DNA from: Octopus vulgaris
Lineage: Eukaryota
Direction of reading: 5' to 3'
DNA length: 64,000 nucleotides
Assembly: GCA_951406725.2 (NCBI GenBank)
Contig: OX597821.1
Span: forward strand, 81,840,001 to 81,904,000
The notes below the pieces were generated by a model. That model worked only from the letters and a program-made list of their open reading frames with translations, had not been told where the DNA came from and did not search any database. Shown here in pieces: positions 53,323 through 64,000 of the stretch (positions are counted from its first letter, which is position 1; every line of letters begins with the position of its first letter). The translations under genes were made by a program, and so were the position numbers.

Positions 53323-53378
53323 ATGTGTAACTCCCAATAAATTGGTTGAGTGCCTTTCGTTTGTTTGTCCACTCACTC

Positions 53379-53436
<58 letters not shown>

Positions 53437-53459
53437 GTACATATGTATGTATGTATATA

Positions 53460-53683
53460 TTCTTTTATTCTTTTATTTGCTTCAGTCATTTGAGTGCGAC
53501 CATGCTGGAGCACCGCCTTTAGTCGAGCAAATCAACCCCAGGAATTATTCTTTGTAAGCTTAATACTTATTCTATTGGCCTCTTTTGCTGAACTGCTAAG
53601 TTATGGGGACGTAAACGCACCAGCATCAGTTGTCAAGCAATGTTGGTGAGGACATGGGGACAGACACAGACACACAAACATAT

Positions 53684-53721
<38 letters not shown>

Positions 53722-53876
53722 CGGGCTTGTTTTTGTTTTCATCTACCAAATCACAAGGCTTCGTTTGGCCCAAGGCTATAGTAGAAGATACTTGACCCAG
53801 GTGCCATGCAGTGGGATTGAATCCAGTACCACGTGGTCGGTAAGCAAGCTACTCAGAAACACAACCGCTCCTGCGC
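53460..53876 (-). mobile_element. SINE family A
   Basis: Full-length minus copy. Confidence 0.85.
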
Positions 53877-54471
53877 TTATATGTATGTATATATGTTTGT
53901 GTATATGTGTATTAAGATATGAAATTTGAAGGAAGCATGCAACATTTTCCACAGGACGAGTGCTCAACACTGTGCTCCAACTGACAAAGCAAGCATGCTA
54001 ACAGCTGTACTCTAATGAAACTGACCTTCATTAACCCAGTTATTATCTCTAAATAGTTTATATTATTATGAAAGCATACAAATCAGGTATACCATTGTTG
54101 CTTTTATTTAATGTGAAATACATAAATAAATTCACAAAATCAATGGATATATGAACCAGACAGTAAAGAAACATAAATTGCATAAAGGTGAGTATTTGCA
54201 TACATATTTACCTGTGTGTGTGTACATGTGAATGTGTGAGTATATATATTAATATAGATTTTATTTTTAAACTGAAATGTCACAAGTGATTGCTTAATTA
54301 TAACCATGTATGTATGTATGTAGATATGTATGTATGAGTGTATGTATGTGTGAATGTGTAAATTTGTGCACATAATTCTGGGTTTAAGCATAAATAAAAT
54401 ATTCATATGTGATTATATATTTATATAAGTGTTTCTATGTATGAACATGTATGTGTATATACACACTGAAG

Positions 54472-54800
54472 TGATGGCACATGGTTCAGTGGTTAGAGCT
54501 TCAGGCTCACAATCATAAAATAGTGAGTTTGATTCCTGGACCAGGTTGTGTGTTGTGTTCTTGAGCAAGACACTTTATTTCACATTCCTCCAGTTCACTC
54601 AGCTGTAGAAATGAGTTGCGATGTCACTGGTGCCAAGCTGTATCAGCCCCTTTGCCTTTCCCTTGGATAACATCAGTGGTGTAGAGAGCGGAGGCTGGTA
54701 TGCATGGGCAGTGGCTGGTCTTCTATAGACTTGAGCCTTGGAGGAGAACATTCTAGGTGCAATCTCACTGTCATTCATGATCAAAAGGGGTCTTTACCCT
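54472..54800 (+). mobile_element. tRNA-derived SINE family D
   Basis: A box tggttcagtgg, B box gagtttgattcc, central gttgtgttcttgagcaagacacttta, tail ccctttgcctttcccttgga. Confidence 0.85.
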
Positions 54801-55143
54801 TTTTTACCCTCTGATACACACACATACATATTTATACATAAACATGTACATGCATACAAACACTTATACAATCATGCACATGTGCACACATACATGAAAC
54901 TACAGCGGGACATATTATGGAAGATAGAACTGGGATTTTGTGATTCCTTCAGAGAGTTGTATGTCCTGTGTTTTTCGATCCCTGACCCTTATTAGATGAT
55001 AGGATTGCAGTGATACAGCTGACTGTCATCAGTATATGGGTAATGCATCATAGAAATATACTTTCCCAGTATTTAAGTCATCCCTTGCAAAGTTTGTCTG
55101 GTAACACAACCAAGTCCTGATTAACTTTCCTGATGCCCTAAAA

Positions 55144-55404
55144 CAGTGATTCTCAACTTGGGCTCATATGACCTTTGTGGGTGGGGAGTCCATATAAAAT
55201 TTTGTTGCTAGAATTTGTGTACAATAAACAGGTTATATTTCTACAATACAGAAAATATTTTAACAGTTTTTTTTTATACAGTTCCTAATAATTTTTAATA
55301 TGAAAATCTAATAGGATTTTTTAAGCATTGAATGCCATGAGGATCCACCCAAGTAAAATAGGAATTAGAGGGGCCCATAGGTAAAAAATGGTTGAGAACT
55401 TTTG
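55144..55404. mobile_element. hAT-type MITE
   Basis: cagtgattctcaac / gttgagaacttttg; same family as 12435-14008. Confidence 0.7.
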
Positions 55405-55406
55405 CC

Positions 55407-55630
55407 TTAACCCTTTAACATTCAGATTATTCTGCCAAATGTAATACATTTTTGTTCAAATTGTTTTTAATTAATTATGAATTGTTTTGTCCATTTGAAA
55501 TTTTGATGATGTGATTGTATATTTTATAATGGCATTGGAGGGTAGGCGTGATAGGCTGGATCTGGTTGTTTAGAACATAAAACAAGTATATTTGAGCTGG
55601 ATTTGGCTGGTTTAAATGCTAAATGGTTAA
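55407..55630. mobile_element. piggyBac-type MITE
   Basis: ttaaCCCTTT...aatgctaaatggttaa; same family as 1564-1792. Confidence 0.7.
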
Positions 55631-55896
55631 AACAACAACCTTAGAGCTATTGTATAATGAGCAGAATGTGTTTCACCCTGTTGTTCTCCACAAGAAGGTT
55701 AAGAAAGGACAATGTAGGAATGTAAGCAAATGAAAGCCAACACCCTGACTTCTGTTCAGTACTAATGGCTGGATGATGCAGGTGGGTTTGAAGTAAAAAA
55801 TGCTGCTCGTTTTCCCAGGCCATATCACGATAAAAATGTCACACCCTGATGTTATGGTGTGGTCTGACTTGACATAGAAGAAAATGTTCTGATAGA

Positions 55897-56527
55897 TGCA
55901 GGCATGGCTGTGTGGTTAAGAAGGTTGTCTTGCAACTTCATGTTTCTGGGTTCAGTCCTGCTGCATGATACCTTGGGCTAATATCTTCCACTGAAGCTCT
56001 TGGCAAACCAATATTTTGATAGTAAATTTGGTAGACAAGAACTGGTGTGTGTGTGTGTGTTGTGTTGTGGGTGTGCGGGTGTATATGGATGCATGTGGAT
56101 GTGTATGTGTGTGTGTACTGCATTGTGTATGTTGTGGGTGTGTATGAAGTTTGTGGGTGTGTATGATGTATGTGGGTGTGTATGATGTATGTAGATGTGT
56201 GGGAGTGTGTATGTGTGTATGTACTGCATTGTGTATGTTGTGTATGTGTATGATGTATGTGGGTGTGTATGATGTGTGTGGGTGTGTGTGTATATGGGCA
56301 GGTGTGTATCATTGTGTTTGTTCTCCACAATAATTGGTGCTGGTTTGGTTATGTCCCTGTAACTTAGTGGTTTGACAAAAGAGACCGATAGAATAAGTAT
56401 CAGGCTTTAAACGAGAAACAAAAAAAAACCATAAGCACTGGAGTCGATTCGTTAAACCGAAACCCTTCAAGGCGGTGCCCCAGCATGGTCACAGCCCAAT
56501 GACTGAAACATGTAAAAGATAAAAGAT
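55897..56527 (+). mobile_element. SINE family A with expanded internal GT-rich repeat
   Basis: Head at 55897, degenerate (GT/ATGT) array about 56045-56310, tail to 56527. Confidence 0.8.
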
Positions 56528-56734
56528 TCTTGCTTTGACAGCACCTTAAAGATGCAACATATAATGGAAACATGAAAGGAAGATCCCAAAATATGAAAGA
56601 CTTAGTATAATAGTTCCACATGGAATGAAAATCTGGTAAACAGCTTGGCTTACTTCATATCCTTCTTCTGTGCATGTCCAAACTAGCAAGGAAGAATAAA
56701 AGGCTCTTTCTTTAGATCAACTGATTAAATTGGA

Positions 56735-56771
<37 letters not shown>

Positions 56772-57436
56772 CTATTTTTAATTACTTTTCAATACAATCC
56801 AGATTGGGGAGGATTTTTAGTAAAATATGTAAAGTTTCTACATATATATATAACTGTTGATACTCTCTGGCTAAAATCTCATGACATCATTCTTATGAGA
56901 TTTTAAATAAAAACACTTTAATTATAAGTGGTCTTAAGCAGGCTGGTACTAATCAGCTTAAGCTTCCTGAATTTGAAATACACTTTTAATATGTGTGTGT
57001 GTGTATATATATATATATCATGATCATCATCATTGAATGTCTATTGTTGGGTTGGGTAGTTTGACCAGGGCTGGTAAGCTGAGGGGCTGCACCAGGTTCC
57101 AATCTGATGTAGCTTTCTCAGATGAATTCATTCACATACAGTCATAGATATATGTGTAGGCATGGCTGTGTGGTTAAGACACTTGCCTCCCAACCTTGTG
57201 AATTTAGGTTCAATCCTTCTGTGTGTCACCAAGGGCAATGCGAGTGTCTTCTAATATAACCTAAAACTGACAAAAGATTTGGTTGATAGAAACTGAAACA
57301 AGCTTGTCATATATATATATATATATATTAATTAAAATTAAGGACAAAATCTATATTTGATTTTATCAGGTAATCAGCATGTAATAACCAATTAAGGTAA
57401 AAAATTAATAGAATATTTAATTTTATAAGTATATTC

Positions 57437-57629
57437 ATAAAACCATATTAAGGGCAAAAAGCAAGTCTTACAACAGGCCAAGCCACATATTGAAAGAAGA
57501 CACCAAATGGCACAAAACTACCTCACATACCTGTCTATGTGAGGTAGTTTTTGCGCTAGTTGACGTCTTCTTTCCGCATGTAGCTTGGCCTGTTATAAGA
57601 TTCGTTTTTTGCTCTTAATATGGTTTTAT
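57437..57629. repeat. ~93-bp-arm imperfect inverted repeat (fold-back)
   Basis: 57437-57529 pairs with 57536-57629 around the loop cctgtc. Confidence 0.9.
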
Positions 57630-58691
57630 AAAAATTATATGTTTGATATATATATCATCATCATCATCATCATCGTTTAACATCCGCTTTCCATGCTAGC
57701 ATGGGTTGGACGATTTGACTGAGGGCTGGCGAACCAGATGGCTGCACCAGACTCCAATCTGATCTGGCAGAGTTTCAACAGCTAGATGCCCTTCCTAACG
57801 CCAACCACTCTGAGAGTGTAGTGGGTGCTTTTATGTGCCACTGGCATGAGGACCAGTCAGGCGGTACAATGATGATGATAAAGGAATTTTCAAATGCAGG
57901 ATGACTGTGTAGATAGTTTAGAAAATAAGGAACATATCCTTTAGAACATGGTGCTTACCAAATTTTTCTAAGCTATCATCATAGACATCTTGCATTCAAT
58001 AATTCGTTTATTTTCTGTACAATACTGACACACTTGGAGCTTATAAATTTGTTAACAAAATATGTGAGTGTGTGTGTGTGCATGCGTGTGCATGTGTGTG
58101 CATGCGTGTGTTTGTGTGTATCCTCGACATGCCATCATGTGATGGCTGTAAATGAGCATCATGATCACAAAGATGACGGTGTTCATTTCTAGTCATTCAT
58201 GTAATATTTCCCCAGCCATGCAGAAGTACTACCTCGATTGGAAACAAATGAAGGTTGGCAACAGGCAGAGCGTCTGGTTGTAGAAAATCTGCCTCGACAA
58301 TTTCAAACTGATTCATGCAAGCAGAAGAAAGTGAATGGTAAAATGATAATGATATTTATTATTTTACTTCTGTTTCGTATAATTAAACTAAATGTTAAGC
58401 TAAAAGGGGAATTTGAACATGCTGAGGCATAGAAAGCTACAAAATAACAGAGAGTAATGAGAATTTGAAGAAATCTTAATTAAGAGAAAATACTCTGTTT
58501 TCTGTCTAAATAAAGAACATTTAATTAATAGTTGTTATTGTTTGTTAGTTTTCATGTTATTCAAGTCTTAGATGTGCCCCAATCAAGTTTTTGACCATTC
58601 TATCTTTTTCTCAGGCTTTATTTATCTAGGAATACATTATCTGAAGTCTCTTTCAATTTTTCAAGATGTCAGCATGTGACCAGATCACTTG

Positions 58692-59482
58692 GTGCAAGCA
58701 ATGGCTGGATGATAAAGAAACTCAATTTGCAACTGTGTGGATTTGGGTTCAATCCCATTGTGTGGCACCTTGGGCAAGTGTCTTTTACTGTAGCGTCGAG
58801 TTGGCCAAAAGCTGTGAGTGAATTTGATTGATGGAAAGTGTATGTGTGTGCTTGTCTTTGTATTTCTGTTTTTCCACTGCCACTACAGCACCAGCGCTAC
58901 CAGCACCAGCACCAGCACCAACACCACCACTATAATGACCATAACCATAACAATGACCACCACAACAACCATTACCATCACTACTACGACAATGATGACC
59001 ATGACAATGACAACCACCACCACCATAATGACGATGACCACCACAACAACCATTACCATCACTACTACGACAATGATGACCATGACAATGACAACCACCA
59101 CCACCATAATGACGATGACCACCACAACAACCACCAACACAATGATAACCATGACCACCACCGCCACCATGAACATGATGACCACCACCAGCACCACCAT
59201 CACCACCACCAGCACAATGATGGTGACCATGATGACCCCCACCATCACCACGATGATGGTGACGACGACCACCACCGCTACTGCCACTGCTTCCTGACAA
59301 CCAATGCTGATTTGTTTATATTCCCATAATTTAAGGGTCCAATAAAAGACACAAAGAGAATAAGTGGCAGACATAGAAAGAGAAATAAGTATTGGGGTCC
59401 ATTTATTTCACTGACGCCCTTCAAGGTGGTGCTCCAGCATGGCTGCATTCTGATGATTTAAACAAGTATAAGAAGATAAAAG
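58692..59482 (+). mobile_element. SINE family A with ~420-bp ACC/ATG trinucleotide expansion
   Basis: Head and core at 58692-58860, array at about 58876-59295 (includes a 69-bp duplication), tail ggtggtgctccagcatggctgc at about 59425. Confidence 0.75.
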
Positions 59483-59639
59483 ATATGATGTGAAAGAGAT
59501 TTGGCTGCTTTCCCTGTAGCAGATTGACGGATGACACAGTGGCCTCTTCATTGGGTTGGGGTTAATTGTGAATTATTCCAGGTCTGGGATGGAACAAATG
59601 ATTTGGAACAGAATGGATAGTGGTGGTGGAGGTGGTTTG

Positions 59640-60020
59640 AGAGTAGGAAAGAGAGAAGGAAATAAGAAGAACAAGGGAGAGGGATGAGTGGGAGAAAAGT
59701 TTTAAAATTGTATTAAGAGTGAGTTGAGAGAAAGAGAGTGGGAAGAGAGAGAGAGAGAGAAAGTGTGTGTGTGTGAGAGAAAGAGAGAGAGAGGGAGAAA
59801 AACAGCTAGAGAGAGAGAGAAATAGAAAGGAGAGAGAGAGAGGAGAGAGACAAAAAGAGAGAAAGGGAGAGAGAGAGTGTGTGTGTATGTGTAGAAAGAT
59901 ATACTGACAAAGGCAGACAGAGACAGACAGATAGACAAAGACAGAGAGAGAGAGGGGGGAGAGAGGAGAAGGAGGGAAAGAGCGAGAGAGAAAGAGAGAG
60001 TAAGTGAAGGAGGAAGGAAA
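59640..60020. repeat. GA-rich polypurine tract
   Basis: Direct inspection. Confidence 0.9.
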
Positions 60021-60317
60021 ATGCAAAAATATGAAGGACAAGGTACCAGAAATGCTGTAAACAACTGCTTCCCCCCACCACACATGTATGACATACAATA
60101 TGCATTCAAATATATTTATTTAAATACACACACGTGCACTCATACACATGCACATAATTGGGAACTTGACATTTGGCTAAAACCCTCATGTTTTAAATGC
60201 TCAACCTCATCATTACCAAAAATTTATCCTGGCAAAAGCATATACTCAGCATAGCTATGACTACGTCCTAAAGCCAGATGAATTACCGCTAACCATTTTG
60301 CCAGCTCACCACCTTAT

Positions 60318-60375
<58 letters not shown>

Positions 60376-60377
<2 letters not shown>

Positions 60378-60930
60378 TGCCTTGATGCAGTACCAGGCAG
60401 TGGCTCTCGGGGCTTCTGATCTTAACTGATTGGAAGTGTTATCATGTACATTGTTTTGTCTTGGTATAAAAGATGGGCTACAGCAGATATTCAGCTCAAT
60501 ACCACAGGTTTGCTGGTCAGTTGTTTGACCTTAACCAGTTGAGCATGTCCCTTAGTGGCTGACAATATGTGCATCTCTGATCAGGAGCAGAAGTAGTGGG
60601 GGAGCATCATAGCCATGTGTTGAGAGGAATTCTTTGGGGTTTGAATAATTCACCTCTGAAAACATGGGTGGTTCGTTCAGTATCCTTAAACAATCCTTAT
60701 TCAGGGACCTTTTGAGCGGTATGGGTTACTCGACCAGAAGAAAATTCTAACTGGGCTCCACATGCAAGGTCATGCACTGTTTATCTTGATATGAGATCAC
60801 CATGTCACGCACATGGTTGTGATGCATGTGCCTAGTGTATCCCTATCAGACGGGTAGTCATGATGGGTATACTGAGCTTCGTATATTTTACCCCAGTGTC
60901 ACTTTGATGGCATGTACTGCTCTTTCACTC
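60376..60930 (+). mobile_element. Unclassified retroposon 3' end (family E) within (AAT)n
   Basis: 3' part gtttatcttgatatgag.tcaccatgtca...ctct.tcactc(aat)n is shared with 9108-9263. Confidence 0.6.
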
Positions 60931-60966
60931 AATAATAATAATAGTAGTAGTAGTAGTAGTAGTAGT

Positions 60967-61052
<86 letters not shown>

Positions 61053-61055
61053 TAA

Positions 61056-61273
61056 TCCTTTCTATTATAGGCACAAGGCCTGAAATTTAAGGGAGAGGGA
61101 TAGTCGATTAAATTGGTCCCAGTATACAACTGGTACTTAATTTATCAACCCTGAAAGGATGAAAGACAAAGTTGACCTTGGAAGAATTTGAACTCAGAAT
61201 GTAAAGACAGACAAAATACTGCTAAGCATTTCACCTGGCATGCTAACGATTCTGCCAGCTCGCTGCCTTAATA

Positions 61274-61335
<62 letters not shown>

Positions 61336-62390
61336 TAATAACAACAACAACTGTTTCTAATTTGCCAACAATGCCAGAATTTTTAGGAGAGGAGATTTAT
61401 CAATGAACTCAATCCCCAATACTTTACTAGTAATTTATTTTATTGGCTTCAGAAAGATGAAAGGCAAAGTTGACTTTGACGAGAATTGAACTCAGAATAT
61501 AAAGAACTGGAACAACTACAACAAGGTATTTGATTCTGCCATACTTTCAAACATTGGCTCAAGGCCTAAAATTTGGGGGAGGGCCTTTGTTGATTAAATC
61601 AACTTTAGCACTTGATTGTTACTTTATTTTATCAACCACGAAAGGATGAAAAGCAAAGTTAATCTCTGTGGGATTTCAACTCAAACATAAAAAAGGGTTG
61701 TAATGAACACTGCAAGGCATTTTATTTGAGACTATTGGTTCTGATTGAATGACAAGGCAAACATTCTCTGAGATATAGCAATCTATATAGACTGGGAGAT
61801 CAATGCTAATCAGCCAGATATTATTGTCATGGAGTGGCAAGAGAAATACCCCGTAAAAAACATATTTCTTCCAATTGACAATAATGTACTGAAATTGAGA
61901 AATTATCTAAATATCAAGATCTAGAAGAAGAGATAATCACGTGGGGACTGAAAACTGAAACAATTTTATGACAATAAGTATCTTGGGAAAGATTAAAACA
62001 GACATAACCAAAAGTAAAAAAAACAACCTAGGAATCATAAATAAATATAAGATAAAAATTATCACTACAAGGTACTGTGTAATAAAAATAGAAAACCAAA
62101 ATAAAGCCCTGCATGGGTATAAGACATGCAGGGTTTTCACTGCACGATTGAGGGAAAGGAAACATTCAAATATATTACAGAATGATTCTTTCTAATTTTG
62201 GCACAAGGCTGGCAATTTTATGGGGAGTGGGGCTAATCAATTTCATTGACTCAAGTATGTGACGGGTACTTTATCTTATCGGCTCTGAAAAGATGAAAGG
62301 CAAAGTTGACCTTAGCGGAATTTGAATTGAAGAACATAAAGAGTCAAAAGAAATGAATACTGTAAAATAATGATGATGATGATGATGATG

Positions 62391-62457
<67 letters not shown>

Positions 62458-62680
62458 TGATGATGATGATAATAATAATAACAATAATTTCTAACAAATG
62501 TGCAAGACCACAAATTTTCAGAAGAGAGACGTTGATGATTTTGTCATCCCTAGAACACGACAATTACATTTTTTCTTCTATTTATTTTTGCATTAGAAAC
62601 ATGAAAGACAAAGCCAACATCATTGGCATTTGATCTCAGAACACAAAGAGCCTAAACTAAATATTGCAAGGTATTCCAAT
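61056..62680 (-). mobile_element. Series of same-orientation SINE family B copies interleaved with (AAT)n
   Basis: Copies at about 61056-61270, 61352-61540, 61550-61720, 62190-62365 and 62488-62680, with varying decay. Confidence 0.75.
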
Positions 62681-63528
62681 TAGCAATGCATGAAATATAG
62701 TGGTTAAACACTTACTTTGTATTTTCTTTGAGGAGTTTTTTTTTTTGTGTACTTTAAATGAGTGTGTGTTAACAAAATTTTTTTTTTTTTCTGGAAAATG
62801 AAAGAATCCTTCACGATTGAGCACACTCACACAAACAAATCTCAAAGGTATTTAATCCATTCTATAAACTCCGATTACGAATCTTTTACTTGTGATGTAC
62901 TGTTGCTGCATAAAACGTTGAGATGAAATGTTAAAGAAGTCCAATAACTGTAAATTTGTTCAGTACAAAACCAGAAATAATATTTATAATTGTATCCGTA
63001 TATATCTATATCTATATATATATAGATATATATATGTGTGTATATATATGTAATATATATATATATAAGGTGATACTGGTTTTGCTGGTGTGTTAAGTTC
63101 TATAGTACTCAAATGTTAAAAGCTAAATGCATTTGGAAGTAAGGTGGAATTGTGAAGTATTGTGTTTCTGGAGTGTTATGAAATTATGCAGAGGTCTTGA
63201 GGTCTTTGGAAGCAACTGAACAGGCTGCTTGAACCACATACTTCAGCACAATGACAGAAATATGTGTGTGGATAAATAAGTAGAAAAATAGACAGGTAGA
63301 TAATTAATAGAGGGTGAATGAGGGGAAAAAAGTAGTGTGTACAAAAGAAATAGGGAGGAGTGAAGTAGTAGGAGTAAGAGTGAAGGGTGTGAATTTCAGA
63401 CATAGAAAAGAATAATGTAGAAAGTGTGGAAACTGGGTGGGGCAGAATAACCTAAAGAAATTAAAGAAGAGGGACACAAAGAAAAAGAAAAAGATTGAGT
63501 GAAAAAATCAGTTTAATGACAAAAAAAG

Positions 63529-63563
<35 letters not shown>

Positions 63564-63566
63564 GTG

Positions 63567-63597
<31 letters not shown>

Positions 63598-63599
63598 TA

Positions 63600-63960
63600 G
63601 GTGGAGAGATGGCCGCGGCTAGTTGACAAACTGAAAGCCTGGTTAGCTTGGCCAATAAAGGGAGGAAAAAAAGCAAACACACAACACAGGTAGTCAAGCA
63701 AGCTACTCTTTCACCTGACCTAATAAACAAACGGTAACACCTGAATCTCTCTCTCTCTTTCTTTCTATTTCCAGGGTTTCTCTTTCTCACTAAGCAGCCA
63801 TGTGTGTGTGTGTGAAATAATTCCTTCCCATTCGCATTGGCAGGAGCAGTGTGTGGGTGAGATGGGGGTGGTATCCTTTAAATCAAGGCAACTACTGCCG
63901 TTTTTTCATGGGTGGTAGACCCTGATTTGATACAGTGGCTGGAGAGTGAGAGTAAAACAC
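63600..63960. promoter_or_regulatory. Possible promoter-like unique region
   Basis: Locally GC/CpG-richer (ggccgcggc), CCAAT motifs on both strands (ggccaat at about 63650, attggc at about 63836), flanked by GA tracts. Confidence 0.2.
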
Positions 63961-64000
63961 TTTTGGAACTGCTTAATGAAGCAGTGTAAGAAAAAGTCAT

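Noticed and set aside
57540-57561. Canonical let-7 gene
   Set aside because: Only the first 9 nt match, it is on the wrong arm, and no mir-100/mir-125 neighbours are visible; kept only as a hairpin finding.
58785-59374. His/Asp-, Thr- and Gly/His/Cys-rich ORFs resembling cephalopod beak histidine-rich proteins or mucins
   Set aside because: Trinucleotide expansion inside a SINE A copy, open in most frames on both strands, with no signal peptide or convincing splice context.

Overview
AT-rich, repeat-saturated eukaryotic DNA. It is most likely from a coleoid cephalopod (Octopus-like), inferred from the tRNA-derived SINE repertoire and the extreme (TA)n/(CA)n/(ACAT)n/(AAT)n/(CAT)n microsatellite load; this was not checked against a database. 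Essentially all ORFs in the supplied track are microsatellite or SINE read-throughs. The window looks like intronic or intergenic sequence filled with at least four SINE-like families (called A-D here), hAT, piggyBac and Tc1-mariner MITEs, a decayed Tc1 transposase, CR1- and RTE-like LINE 3' remnants, and Penelope-like ends. Main non-routine signals: (1) a minus-strand zero-length-exon (recursive splice / ratchet point) motif at 50956/50955; (2) a cleanly bounded 57-nt minus-strand exon at 20978-20922 encoding MLTSNKMEITIQVNGKK, which may splice to 16856 to give a 32-aa hydrophobic micropeptide; (3) an apparently intact type I hammerhead ribozyme with a long stem II at 15286-15417, plus three decayed hammerhead-like relics; (4) several long fold-backs, one carrying a let-7-like 22-mer, and a local inverted triplication. 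All functional claims are hypotheses from sequence inspection only.
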